Shown here piece after piece: positions 38,078 through 51,706 of a stretch of DNA of 64,000 nucleotides. The DNA comes from Felis catus (taxonomy: Eukaryota): positions 50,345,815-50,409,814 of the forward strand of contig NC_058368.1 in the NCBI RefSeq assembly GCF_018350175.1, read 5' to 3'. The notes under the pieces were generated by a model. That model was not told the DNA's origin. It made no database searches and was given only the letters and a program-made list of their open reading frames with translations. Each line of letters opens with the position of its first letter. Within the stretch, counting starts at the first letter, position 1. The position numbers and the translations under genes are program-made.

Positions 38078-40032
38078 TACGTGATAATTTTCTATACCAC
38101 TTTCATGATGTTTTCTATTTTCTAGACCCAAAGTCAGAACCTGAATTTTGTATACTTCGAATCCCCAAAAGGCTACAAGGTGCCCTCAGAATAGACACAT
38201 ATTCAAGTTGCATTCAGTGTTTTTTTTAATTGAGCACAATTTGTCAGGCCCTACGTTGGTGGCTAGCTATTCAATAAATATTTACTAAACAAATGGTTCA
38301 CTCATCACTTGCTTTGGGGGTAAACTGCAGAGCAACACAGGCTAAGTGAAAATGTAATTTGGAGGCAGAAAAAGAGAAAGGAACAAATCAGAAATATATC
38401 CTGTAGCAAATTACAGAATTTCACAAAACCATTTGAAATCTTGCTTTGCTTATGAAAATCTCCACAAAAATCTAGCAACCCTGAGAGCAGTTTGAAAAAA
38501 ATGATAACCTGGAAGGAGTTTTAGAGAGTTTTGTAGTTTCTTTTGTAGTTATGAACGTGTCTTTTCAGTAATTACATGGTGACTAATTTTACATTCAAGC
38601 TAACCACTTAACTTTAAATGTATTTGATTCTATAGATCAAGTATAGACTTGGAAGCTTTGAATAGAAAGCTAAGTATGGGTTATAACAATAAGGAAATAA
38701 AATTAATCTACTTGGAGTTCTTTTCTTTTATCTAAACAAATAATCAGCTTTTATGATTTCAGGGCCATTCATTCCTCTTTCTTTCCTTATAAAAGCATTC
38801 ACTCTGGTCACAATTTTCTTTGTCTCTTTTGATTACCTTGGGGACTCAGGCTAACACACCAGGTCTTACTCTCACTAACTTCATGATTCTTTTTCCCTAC
38901 AAAGCTGAATGTAGTTGAGGACCTTAGCGTAGCACATCCAAATGCGTTCTGCTTCCATAGCAAAGGACTTTCATGTTCAATTTCACCAGGATTTAAAAAG
39001 TGAAATATAAATATTTCATTTTAGAATTATTAAATGTTAACTGAACATTTCGAGAAACAACATCATCTTGTTTGCCCCAGAGGGTCTCAGCCACCCTGCA
39101 GACTACCCACCTCCAGATTAGGGCACCTGAGTCAAAGCTATCCCCAGGATGAATAAGCAAGGCTCTGGAGAAAATGATCAGTTGGGGGCCAATTCACTTT
39201 AGAACAGCAATGATGATGCTCTTATTCATAGGTGTTGAAGGAATGGTGATACTTGGCTGGCAGAGTCTTTGTTTACTGATTTATTTCTCCCTCTTTTCTA
39301 GGAGATACAGCAAAAGCTCATACTGTCTGTATAATGCTTCCACAAGCACAGTGAGTAGATACATTACTATTTTCTCATTAACTTGTCTAATATTTTGTGT
39401 CCCTTTAGCCAATGCCTACTTCTTCTGCATTCCTCACTGAGACCTTTTTCTTGTCTCTAATGTCCCTCTCAAAAATGGAAGCAGCTTTCTATGTCAAGTA
39501 TCTACTATTTTCCTTTTTTTTTTTTTTTTTTTTGATTGCTCGTGGTTGCTCTACTTTCTAAGCTCATTTTTAAATGGCAGAGAACATGGGGGATTTTCTC
39601 GGAACTCTTCAAGATTGACAAAACCAGCACTTTGTAAATAGTTTTATCTTGTGTATACTTGGAAAACTTCTGCACTTGCATCGGAGCCCACCACATGCCC
39701 TGGGAAAAATTTCAGAAAGAGCTTGCCTTGTGCTGTAGATGTGCTCTGAACGGGGAAGGATCAGTGAATGTTTGTTGAATGAACGAGTGAGTGAATAAGG
39801 AACACAAATGAGAGCTAGCCCTACTGAACACACAGGAAGGCCATTCATGTTTTAGAACAGAATCTAAGATTGTAAATACTATGACCGTCTGGCAGACTGT
39901 GTCCTGATTATGTTAACATAGTCTTAGCCACAGCGGTTTGAAGATAGAGCTTGTTCTGAACATGTGGTCAACTGGGAATATGATTCTTAGTGAAAGGATA
40001 TCGTGTGATTTTAGATCTCCTCTACAGTCTTC

Positions 40033-40239
40033 TTTTATTTATTTTTAACGTTCTAATTTTTTTGTTTTTGAGAGAGAAGGAAAAAAGAGAGTGAGATAAA
40101 GTATGTGAGAGAGCAGGGGAAGGGCAGAGGGAGAGATAGAGAGAATCTCAAGCAGTGGGGCTTGATTCTATGATTTGGGATCGTGACCTGAGCTAGAATC
40201 AAGTCTGAAGTTCAACCAACTGAGCCACCAGGTGCCCCC
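40033..40239 (-). mobile_element. Can-SINE
   Basis: TSD tacagtcttct. Confidence 0.88.
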
Positions 40240-40379
40240 TACAGTCTTCTGTCAAAACAACTCGATTTTATGTGTTTGATTATTGTAAACTTAATTTTTT
40301 ATAAGTAGGTTACAAATATACTGTAAATAATAACATAAAAATGCAGGAAGACTAAAGAAACACTACCTTTTACATAGTG

Positions 40380-40700
40380 AAATACAGTCAAGCTGATTAA
40401 CGTGCCATCTGCTGACTTTGTTACTATTTTTTTTGTGTGTTATGAGAACATCTGGAATCTACTGTCTTAGCAAATTTTCAATATTTAATAAGTATTATTA
40501 ACTGTAGTCATCACGCTGTATATTTAATCTGTACACTTAACTCATCCTGTGTAACTGCAACTTTGACCAACATCTCCCCATTTCCTCTACCTCTCCTTTC
40601 TCTGGTAACCATGGTTCTACTCTCTGCTTCTCTGTATTCAACTTTTTTAGATTCCACATAGAAGTGAGATTTCTGTGTCTGGCTCATTTCACTTTGCAGT
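40380..40700 (-). mobile_element. L1MA-like 3'-UTR fragment
   Basis: atctactgtcttagcaaattttcaat...ttttagattccacatagaagtgagat. Confidence 0.75.
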
Positions 40701-40784
40701 CATCATTTCACTGTGTATGTGTGTATGCTCATCATGTTTTACAACTTAAACATACGCAATTCTTATTTTAAAAAGCTCTATATT

Positions 40785-41045
40785 TTACGAGTCCCTTTAT
40801 ATGAAAAATTAGAAAAGGTGAAGGTTTAATGACAGAAAGCACATCACTGGTCACCAAGGCCAGGAAGTGGAGGAAGGGATTGATGACAAACGAATATGAG
40901 TGAACTTTTCGGAGTGATGGAAATGTTTGATATTACGATGGTGGTGGTCTTGACACCATGCACATTTAAGGCTGTACACATAAAATTAGTGAATTTTATT
41001 ATATGTTAATTTTACCCCATCACAACTAATTAATAAAGTGAAAAA
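40785..41045 (+). mobile_element. L1MB/MC-like 3' end
   Basis: gacagaaagcacatcactggtcaccaaggcc...gaacttttcggagtgatggaaatg...gtgaattttattatatg. Confidence 0.7.
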
Positions 41046-41413
41046 CAAAGGAAATAAATAAACAAATACATCTTTGTTGTTTGGAAAAAAATAAGAAAAA
41101 ATAAACACTGACTGTGGAGGTTGGCACTGGAGGAGAATCTCATGGTGGAGCTGCCCTCTGAGGCTTTCACCATCACCTTGGGATTATTTGCTGTCTCCAT
41201 TATAGCCTCCAGGGACCCCGCTTATCCTTCAACTTTCTGGTCCCAATTTAGAGAAATGACCTTGCTCTTGCTTTACTAATAGCTTAACTGAGACATGGTA
41301 GAATATTTTTTAAATATTGATTATGAAAAAAATCAGGAATGAAAAGGAAAACAATCACAGAGCAACACTTTGAATCTTCTCGATAGTAACATACTTGCAT
41401 CTTGTTCTCTGCA

Positions 41414-41605
41414 TCAGAGGATGGAAAATTTTTTCTGTAAAGGACCAGGTCGTAGTAAATATGTTTGGCTGTGGACCATGCTATCTCTGTTGGGACTGCT
41501 CAGCTTTGCAGTGGTAGTGTGAAACCAGCCGTAGACAATGTATCAATAAATGGACTCCAACAAGGTATTAGGAGATCAGGCAGGGCCAAATTTTGCTTGC
41601 ATGCA
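41414..41605 (+). mobile_element. MER58A-like hAT MITE
   Basis: cagaggatggaaaattttttctgtaaaggacc...ctgctcagctttgc...cagccgtagacaat. Confidence 0.75.
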
Positions 41606-42241
41606 AAATATATATTTGGTTTGAGGTTCTGTCTTTTCTTTGGTTCAATGACATGAAATATTCAGGGTGCCCCTGAATATCACTTTCTACAGTCTGAATT
41701 GTGCCCTACCTTTGTAAATGTAAAAAAAATATCATAATCTTGTCAAAAAATGATACAAGAACTGAAACATCATTGGAAGATGCAAACACATCTAGTTAAG
41801 AACCAGAGACTCATTTCCTCATGAAATTTTTAGAAACCTAATACAATTATTCTTGTTACTATTAGATCTGTTGTTTATTCAAGACAGAGCATGCACATAT
41901 GGGTGCATATTTGCTTTGGGTTTCTCAGGGAATCTTGTATAATGTAGAAATAGTTTACTGCTGAAGTCAGAATCATGTATGGTATAGAAGGCCGGAAGGG
42001 CCGGATTAAGGTTCGGGAAATGGGGGTTTATAAATCACCTCTGTATGTATTGTACCTACATTCCCACATCAGCTGTTACTGAGACTGTTGTACACAAAGT
42101 CAGTCCTAAGCAGATCGCTTTTTTAACAGAACAAACAAGAACCCAATCCACCTCTACTATTACTCTGAGCTTTCACTCCAAGTCAAAAGCTTAGGTCAAT
42201 GTAGAATGAAAGCCTCTGATTCTTCTCTGTGCCTTTTGTAG

Positions 42242-42300
42242 TTAAAACTGACTTAGCAGCGGTGGTGTCCCAACAACTTTCAGAACGGTTCCTGCAGCAG
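42242..42300 (+). other. Candidate 59-nt exon of an unidentified transcript
   Basis: Branch-like ctgat plus tcttctctgtgccttttgtag| acceptor; cag|gtgtgt donor; one open frame (xKTDLAAVVSQQLSERFLQQ). Confidence 0.3.
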
Positions 42301-42479
42301 GTGTGTGTACCCGTCTTATTCCAGATAAGCAGTCATCAGGTTAGCTCACTGGAAGTTGTATGCCCACATCATTTCATAGATCTGCACATCAGATGTGGTC
42401 TCATGAATCTGTGCATCTGGTCGCCTCTTGTCTCTGCATGTCTGATGCCTGCCTGTGTTCCTCTGACACATCTCCATCA

Positions 42480-42660
42480 TTGTGATTATTATTATTTGAG
42501 GGGAGGGCACTTTCTTACTCTCTGTCACCATAAGATGCTCCAGGCTCATCTTGTATATTTACTGTCTCAGTCCATGAAACTGCTATTTCCCTTTCATTCC
42601 AAGGAGCCTTGGTTCATTTTATGGGATTATGTGGATGTATTTCACAATATCTGGATGCAA
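42480..42660 (-). mobile_element. L1MC-like 3'-UTR fragment
   Basis: caccataagatgctccaggctcatcttgtatatt...ccaaggagccttggttc. Confidence 0.65.
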
Positions 42661-44623
42661 GGTGTGACAAATAGCATTTTTCACTTAGGACTAAAAATGG
42701 TGTGTGTGGGGGGCTCCCTCTTGAAACCTTCTGTTGAGCACTGTCTTTCCAACACTTGTGTTAAGGATGGAGGTTGGTGGTGGGAGGAAAGTATGTACTC
42801 ACAAGTTTTCAGGTTTTCCCAAAGAGGCACCACTGGTGTTGAGGAAATGCCTTGCCATTTAAAATTTCTCATCACTGTGTATAAATGAAAGAAAAGGAAG
42901 GACAGTAACCCTGCGATCTCTACCATCTGCTCCCACCCCTGACCTCTGAGCTTAGCAGGCTCACCAGATACGACAGTGGATGATGAGAGCTGCTTCATGA
43001 GACAACTTGGACTTGGAGTCTTTAAACTGAGATGCTAAGGGCAGCCTAGCAGGGTTTTATATACTATTAATTGTTGTCTGCATTTTGTACTCTACAGGGT
43101 GTAGGCTGGGGCTGGTGACTGGATTCAGTCTCCTGATTTGGTGGTTAGTGTTGTGATTCTTTATAGGAACGAGAGGAATAAAGGGTATAATAATATTATG
43201 GGAAAGGACTTGATGACTTACCACATGTGGGATAAATGGGGAAGGGAAGAATGAAAAACAGACCTTTTCTGGCTAACTGTGGTTGGTGATACTTGAATAA
43301 AAATGGGGACCTTAGGCATTGTTGTAGGGTCTACCAGAAGTTTGGAAATGTATATTTGAAACTCAAAGAGGTCTGTTTGAATGGATTCAGGAGCCATTTT
43401 TATGGGCACCATGGTGAATTCTTTTCTTCCAGGGGTCTGACACATGCCTTGAAAATTTTAGTATGTGTGCTGGAAATAGTAATATATGGATGGATTTTAC
43501 TTCAAAAGGGATACATGAGTTGAATATGAAGATACTTTAAAGAATAAAACTCAATTTATTCACTCATTTCTTTTTAGAATATATGAGTGTTAAAATCAGG
43601 ATGTAAATTGCAGCAGCAACAACAAAAAAGATTGGTTCAATGAACTGCCAGCTACAAAGTTATGAGCATGTGCTCTCTGCTCATGTGAGAATTACTGTGA
43701 TTATAGGAGCTATTAGTAAATTGCATATTTTAAAAAGTATAAATTACTTTTTCTTGATAAATGTGGAAGTTATTTCAGGGTTATATTTATATTTCATTTA
43801 CAAGTTACTTTTCTTGAGAGATGTAACTCTTATTTTGCAGTTTTATTTTTGTTTCATTGAACAGATAGTAATAGTCAACAGTTTATAACTATAAACTATT
43901 AGTGCTTCTGGTAAGTGGCATGAATTAACTGCTGTAATTATATCTATGCTGATTGTTCCTGTCAGTTCAACTCACTGAACTGAAGAGAAAAGCCTTTTCT
44001 GTATCATTTGTACAAAATGTTGGAGGATAGTTTCAGTATAAATCTATAAAGGAGACAACTGAGAAGTTAAATTAGAAATTGTACTTCGTCTAAAGGAGAT
44101 TTAAAAATAAGTCCTACATTCATGGGCAGGAAGCTCCAAGATGACTTTTATTTTTCTGTAAGGTGTCCCTGAACAGGCTCGAGGATAAGGTGTGTAATTA
44201 AGTGTACTACACCCACAATGCAAGGAAATGGGTTGTTCTACTCTTTCTGTGCCCACCAACACCATTTCCATCACGCCTTTTGCTGATTATTGACAATGGC
44301 ACAGAGATATGACAAATGTGTAGCTATGGCTCTTCTCTCCTGGACAGATGACAGACATGGCCTAACGATCATTGTAGCTCTGATGTTTTCCACTGTTGGC
44401 TCAGAATTCTTCTACACATAGTGGTCCAAATGATTTGAATTGAAACACATAACAGAACCTAGTAGCTATCTTTGTTCAAGAAGAAACACAAACTCATAAG
44501 AACACCAGTGGATTTGGGAACCACAATTGGATTTATCCAAAACAGGAATAGTCGAGAACTGGATGAGTTTCCAGAGCAGGCATTTTCTGATTGTGCCCTT
44601 GATTCAGTTATTGTAAATTTATC

Positions 44624-44824
44624 TTTTTTTTTTCAAAATTTAAAATGTTTATTTTATTTTTGAGAGAAAGAGAGAGTGGGAGTAGGGGAGGGGCAGAGGG
44701 AAAGGAGGCACAGAATTCGAAGCAGGCTCCAGGCTCTGAGCTGTCAGCACAGAGCCCAAGGCAGGTCTCGAACCCACAAGCAGTGAGATAATGATGCTTA
44801 ACGGACTGAGCCACCCAGGTGCCC
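44624..44824 (-). mobile_element. Can-SINE
   Basis: SINEC body ending ccacccaggtgccc. Confidence 0.93.
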
Positions 44825-44905
44825 TGTATAATTTATCTTTCTGCTATTAAGTACTCCTTTTAAATATCAGCACTTCAGAATTTAAAGTTCATTAAGATTT
44901 TACGA

Positions 44906-45085
44906 ATTTTTATTTTTATTATTTTAGTGAGAGCCCAAGTTGGGGAGGGGAAGAGAGAGGCGGGGGACAGAGGATCCCAAGTCGGCTCGGAGCTGACAGC
45001 TTCAGCACTGAAAGCAGTGAGCCGGATGCAGGGCTCAAACTCATGAACTGCTGAAGCTCAACCAACTGAGCCACCCAGGTGCTCC
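44906..45085 (-). mobile_element. Can-SINE (internally deleted)
   Basis: SINEC-like, ending ctgagccacccaggtgctcc. Confidence 0.85.
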
Positions 45086-45779
45086 TTGCCAAAATCTTTT
45101 TAATAAGCTTTGTATCATTGCCACTTTCGACAGGATTCCATTCAAATCTGTTTTGGTCACGCTTAGCAGCAAGTTGGCCAAATCTTAAGCCCTAAGACAA
45201 AATCAACCAGAATCTCTCAGGACATTATTTATACTTTTCATGTCAATGAAGTCTTACACCCAAAGAAAGAAGAGAGGAAAAAATGGCAGTTTGGCAGTGT
45301 TCTCCACTCCATGGATTCAACATCCTTTTTCTCTCTATCCCAAATGAACAATGTTCTCTGGCTGTTGACTGGGAGAGGCCTGAGGCACAGTGCCAAAGGG
45401 ATCTAGAAGATTCTGTCTTTCCAAAAGTGGGTTAATAGTAAGCAGAGGTCCAATGGCCTGAGTTTCAGTCTTTAGTCTTGGTCTTGCCATTAACCAGGTT
45501 TTATGTGCTTGACTTTATCTGTAAAATAAAAGAATGTTATAAAAAACATCTTAAATACATAATTTTTACTTCTGAATTCCTTTAGCTTCCTTTTCCTGCT
45601 CTCTCTGTTAAATAGAGCATAAGCTTTGAACCACACAGAATTGGCCAAGTTTTAAATCGAGGGACAGTATGAAGCCTCTCCATACCCTTCCTTTGTATTC
45701 TTTACAGAATTGTAAAGAATTGGTATTGTTTTTATTTTTTTCCACCTTTAAGCAGTACAGAAAAAGGTGAATACCCTTA

Positions 45780-46560
45780 GGTAAAGAAAAGACAAACACA
45801 AGAAAGCAAATTTTCTAAAGACTAAGAAAAGGGCATGAACAAAAAACTTATAGAAGAATAAATATACTTGGACAGACATGTGGGAATATATTGAAGCTCA
45901 GTGGTAATACCAATTCATAAAATAATTTTTCAAGCACCAAACTAATGTACATTTTAAAAGATAATAGTTTGATTAATGCTGGAGTTCCTGGGTGGCTCAC
46001 TTGATTGAGTGTCTGACTCTTGATCTCAGCTCAGGTGTTGATCTCAGGGTTGTGAGTTCGAGCCCTACTTTGGGCTCCTTGCTGGGGGTGGAGCCTACTT
46101 AAAGCAAATAGTATGCTTAATGCTGATGAGATAGGGGTGAGATTTATATTTGCTAGTCAGTGTAAATTAGTAGAATCTGTATGGAAAATAATTTAGTAAT
46201 ATGTAACAAGGGTCTGTTGGGCCCATTGTTTTCCCCTTTTAAGATTTATATTAAGCATTCATTCAGAATGTTGAATAAATATTTCTGTTAAAATATTAGT
46301 AAGAGTGAAATACTGAAAGCATAATAAATATGCAGCAACAGAGAGTTAAATAAATTGTGTCAATGGGATACCATATAACATGGTCATTTGAAATGACATT
46401 AAAGAATAGTTAATGTTAACTGAACAAAATTGCTCCACAGTAGAGTCTATCAAAACCATATTATTTTAATTATATATATAACATATATAAATGGAAGATA
46501 ATATATTAACATTAATCACTGTTAAGTGATTTTCTCTGAGGGATGTAGAAATGTTTTCAC
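45780..46560 (+). mobile_element. Ancient L1ME-like fragments
   Basis: A-rich degenerate L1 ORF2-end/3'-UTR text, split by a SINE. Confidence 0.5.
45981..46103 (+). mobile_element. Short Can-SINE
   Basis: cctgggtggctcacttgattgagtgtctgactcttgatctcagctcagg...ggagcctacttaaa. Confidence 0.88.
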
Positions 46561-48412
46561 ATTTCTCCTTTAACTTCATTCTGTGTTCTTTAGTGTAGAA
46601 ATGAAAATGTGTGTCTTCAATAAGAACACTAAAATATAGTAAAAAGTAATATGTAGGATTTTTAAATACAATTTTTAATTTTTAAATTGGTAATATGCCA
46701 AATTATAATATACCTAACAATTTCAGTGAACATATTGTGTCAGAAAATTTCCAAATTCCAACTGCACGAGCACAAAATATGATTTGTTACTACCAATTAT
46801 AAAGAATTAAGAGGAGATATTCTGGGGAGAGGAGGAAATTTAAAATGTAAACAAAAAACATTGCTATTTCTATCCAGAAAACAAATGAAAAGATGGCAAA
46901 AAAGATACTCTCTGTATTTTCCCTGGTATAGTTTTCTCTCTGGGAGTGAATTATTTTGTCAGCAGCCTTAATTCTCTAAGTCAGTTGGGATGACTTTTCA
47001 TTGTCCTTTAGTGAAATACTGGTCCAGTGATCTAAAAAGAGATACAGCAGTATCCAGTGTGCCTCACTAAGAAGCTTTGATATTCCTTCATATAGTTTCT
47101 TAGGAGGAGCAGCAATATTACTTGGGGCCTGTCAACTTTTCCTTATTTTTAAAAATAAATATTAAAATAAATTTTAAGTATTTTTAAACTAATGTTTTCA
47201 ATCAAAACTGCCCCAATACTGTAAAATTTCACAAGTAAATTCTTAAAAGAAAGGTTTATCACTTTGTGTTGATTTCCAATGAAGCTCAGATTTGAAATGT
47301 AAATACTGTTTTTAAAGACATTACAAGTAGATTGGGGATTTTACCCCACATCCCTTTCAATCATAGGAAGTTGCTTCTTCCAGTTTTACAGTGACTCATT
47401 TTAACTCACAACTAAATAAAACAAAGAATGCTGTAGATCTGAACTATAGCGACCTAATCTTGAAATTATTAAAAATACATGAACCAGATGGCAACCCTCC
47501 AGGGTACATCATCTGACGCAGATATCAGATTAGAAGTTTTCTTTCATAAGCAGACTGTTTAATACCACACTTTATTTAGATCTCCATTAAAGAACTGTGC
47601 CTTGAATGTGAAATTGTCTAGAGGCCAATTACTTAAGGGCTTGACCCAAACTATAGGAAATAAAAAATGTATTAGCCAATCTGTAACAAACAAAAGTGCT
47701 CATTAAATTAATAATAGTACAAAAACAATACACAGTACCATCCATAAAATATGCATTGGCTTGTGAAGGCATCATGTTACCTCATTGGAAGGCTTTTAAA
47801 AACAATGCATTTTGAGCAGCTGCTGTATTTTGGATGTGAATATTTCAGCCTAACAGGCTTATTAAGGAACTCACGTGTTGTAACAAATCTATAAGGTAGC
47901 TGGAAGATATTTCAAGAGATTTGGGCTCTGTTTAAGCTGTTTTGCGGGGGTAGGGTGGAGGAGAGGGAACTAAGGCTACAAACTGAGTCCTTTGCAAAAA
48001 TCACGGATTGTAGCAGAGTGGCATGAAAACTTGCCTCCTGACTTAATTCTTTTCTGACACACCACATTATCCCAACTAACACTCAAGTTCCTCTTTGTGA
48101 ATGAGCAACAGTCATGTTAGTCAGGGAGCCTTGGATTCAACCTGAGGATTATCTGTTCTACCCAGTGTTTGTTAGTTTGCTTCCCTTTGTGGGTCTGTTG
48201 TTATTCAACAGCTTTCTTTTGGCCCTAAAACAAGGAATTGTGACTGAACATACTCATCTTCTGTCTGTTGGTGCTGCCCAAACACAATGAGAATATGTAG
48301 CCTTTCTTTTACACACTGCCCAGACACTTAAAAAAAAAAATCAATTAGAACTGCATCAGCAATGTCAGGTTTATTCACATTCAAGAGAAAGCAGTCTGCT
48401 CAAATTTCTCTA

Positions 48413-48647
48413 ATTTTTTTTTTAACAAATTAGTTTTTTGTTTAAGTTCATTTAATTATTTTGAGAGAGAAACAGACAGCATGAGTGAGGGAGGGGCAGA
48501 GAGAGAGGGAGAGCCAGAGAATCCCAAGCAGGCTCCCTGCTGCCAGCACAGAGCCTGACATGGGGCTCAAACTCACAAAACTGTGAGATCATGACCTGAG
48601 CTGAAATCAAGAGTCGGACACGACTGACTGAGCCACCTAGGTGCCCC
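48413..48647 (-). mobile_element. Can-SINE
   Basis: SINEC body; flanking repeat aaatttctc(tc)taatttt. Confidence 0.94.
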
Positions 48648-49599
48648 AAATTTCTCTAATTTTTACAGTTGGCTAGGAAATATCTTTTCAGTTAGTAATT
48701 GTTTCTTTAATATTTTATAAAATGAATGCTTATTGTAAAAATCTGGAAAGAGGAAAAACATCCATGTCATACAGTTGTTAACCCTTTGATAAATTTCATT
48801 TAATCCTTTAAGTATGTATATATACTTGTTGGCCTGGTTTATTCAAGTGATTAAAAAACATGTCCTGATCATGGACAATGTGCTACACATTTGAGAAAGA
48901 CTGAATAATGTGTATGTGTCTGTGTCTACAAGCACACTATCCTCCAATGACTTAAGTTTAGTGAAGATATGTAGTACAGAAAATTCTATTTGGGTAATAA
49001 CACTACATATATAATAAATAGTTATATAATAGATATGTATCTTGCTTTCTTCACAGTAAAACATAGTGAGCATTTTCCCACTTCATTAAAATTTTGTGAC
49101 ACTATCATGTAAAAGTTTATAATATACTATGTGTGTTTTTTGTTTTATTAGACATTTCCCTGATAATAAATATATAAGTTTTTTTATTTTTATAAATTAT
49201 TAAGAAATGAAATTTGGTACTTACATTGTTCTTTTCTTTGCATTTTAGAATAAGTTTTTAAAAGGTGACTTTATGGTTCAAAGCTCAGAAAATTTCAAAG
49301 TTTAACACAACTGATTCACTATTTTTCAGAAAGCTTATGAAAACTTATAATATTGTCAGAGTGTATTAGAGTGGCAATCATAGTACTTCTCCACCAACTT
49401 TGTTATTTAAAAAAATTATTGCTAACACTTTTTGTTGAAAATAGTAAATCCTTATAATAATTTACATTATTAGTAACTTTATTTAAAATGTGTAGCACAT
49501 ATATAAGTATATAAATTTATATTTTGTATATATATATATATATACAATTTGTGTTTGATTTTAGCAGATTATTAGTTGATGCTTTTGCTTAATATTTTT

Positions 49600-50865
49600 T
49601 TGGAATCCATTTCATTGCAAATGGCAAGATTTCATTCTTTTTAATGGCTGCATAATATTCCTATATATATATATATTTTTTTTTTTTTTTTCTTTTTTAA
49701 TGGCATCCTTTTTATCCATTCATCAATTGATGGACACTTGGGTTGCTTCCATATCTTGGCTATTGTCAGTAATGCTGCTATAAACATAGGGGTGCACGTA
49801 TCCCTTTGAATTAGTGTTTTTTCATTTGGGTAAATACCCAGTAGTGCAACTTCTTAGGGTACTTCTATTTTTAAGTTTTTGAGGATACGCCATACTGTTT
49901 TACACAGTGGAACAGTTTGCATTCCCACCAACAGTACACAAGGATTCCTTTTTCTCTACATCCTCACCAACAACTGTTCTTTCCTGTGTTTTTAATTTTA
50001 GCCATTCTGACAAGTGTGAAGTGATATATCATTGTAGTTTTGAGTTGTGTTTCTCTGGTAATAAGTGATGATGGGCATCTTTTCATGCATCTGTTGGCCA
50101 TGTGTATGTCTTCTTTGGAGAAATATTTGTTCATCTGTCCATTTTTTAAATTGGATTACTTGGACTTTTTGTTGTTGAGTTTTATAAGTTATTTATATAT
50201 TTGCACACTAACTCTTTACTGGATATATCATTTACAAATATTTTCTCCCATTCCATAGGTTGCCTTTTAGTTTTGTTGATTGTTTCCTTCACTTTGTAGA
50301 AGCTTTTTATTTTGATATAGTTTCAATAGTTTATTTTTGCTTTTGTTTCCCGTATCTCAGGAGATAAATCTAGAAAGAAGTTGCTATGGCCAATGTCAAA
50401 GAAGTTATTGCCTCTGTTCTCTTCTAGGATTTTTATGGCTTCAGGTTTTTAATCCATTTTGAATTTATTTCTGTGTATGGTGTAAGGAAGTGGTCCAGTT
50501 TCATTCTTTTGCATGTTGCTGTCCAGTTTTCCCAGCACCATTTGTTGAAGACACTTTTTTCCATCGGATATTCTTTCCTGATTTGTCACAGATAAATTGA
50601 CCATATAATTGTGTTTTTTCCCTGTATTTTCTATGCTATTCCATGATCTGTGTGTCTGTTTTTGTGCCAGTACCATACTATTCTGATTACTATAGCTTTA
50701 TAATGTAACTTGAAGTCCAGAATTGTGATGCCTCCAGATTTGCTTTTTTTTTTTTTTTTTTTTTAAAGATTGCTTTGGCGAGTTGGGGTCATTTGTCGTT
50801 CTATACAAATTTTAAGATTTTTCCAGCTCTTTAAAAACTGTTGTTGGTATTTTGATAAGGATTTT
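49600..50865 (-). mobile_element. Carnivore L1 ORF2 3' fragment (about 1.25 kb, disrupted)
   Basis: Clear antisense L1 text; ORF-track peptide [16 protein letters not shown]... is L1 ORF2-derived. Confidence 0.93.
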
Positions 50866-51127
50866 TAACCACTGAACAGTTATTTTGGAGGATAGGGTTG
50901 AGGGGCATGAAATGATGATCATGATTAATGAGAAATCTCAAGGCTCTGAATATTTCTAGTTAAACATTCACTCAGCAAATAGGGAGCCCATCATTAAGTC
51001 TGGGAGAGTAAATTGTAATGCATGAAATGAAATAATAACTTTTGATATTCAGTGGTTTTTAATATCTAATTTTTATTTTGTTTTGGTTGAGGAAATATCT
51101 CATGTAGCCATCAGTTTCCTTATGACT

Positions 51128-51706
51128 TCAAAGAAATAAATGAACTTTCTTTTGTAATGTTGCTGATTTAAAGAGACAATATACTTTTCTAGCTGTTGAC
51201 ATTTGGTTATTACCACTGTGCACATACTGCATTTTAGAAACCACTTTTCTTCTTTTCTGTTTTTGAGACTGAAGAGAAATTGCATTTGCCCACATTCCCA
51301 CACTGTGACCAGAAAAAAGAGAAACAAATATAAAATGTTTATCTAAACTCACGTTTGGAGAAAGTGGTTTTTTAGACACAAACAGAGAAAGATTTTTTTC
51401 ACTGGCTAATATGACACAGGGCAGGATAATTCTGTAATATATTAATAATGTATTTTTTACTTACTTTTCTAGCACAAAATCTTGTAGATTATTTAACCAA
51501 ACAAAAAACGTTCTCTTCAGTAGAGCATAGATTTTATTTTTCCATTTTTTGGTCTGTCTCTTTCTCTCTCTAAGGATTCTCTGGTTCTTCAGAAATTCAG
51601 ACCAAAAAGCAGGTTTCCAGTGATAAGAGCTGAAGTCCAAGCGGAACAATAATGTATCCTTAATATTCTGAAAAGTAGGCCCTTTGCCATATGTTGTCAC
51701 TTCCAT
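51128..51706 (-). CDS. Hypothetical two-exon ORF of about 138 aa (51706-51465 joined to 51302-51128); unverified, no recognised homolog
   Basis: Long open frame ends at aa|GTAAGT donor; 162-nt intron; tttgtttctcttttttctggtcacag| acceptor keeps frame; AATAAA about 50 nt after the stop. Confidence 0.22.

Noticed and set aside
42229..42888. Longest ORF (219 aa)
   Set aside because: Non-ATG start, no recognisable domain, and it runs through an antisense L1MC-like fragment. Only the first 59 nt after the acceptor look exon-like.
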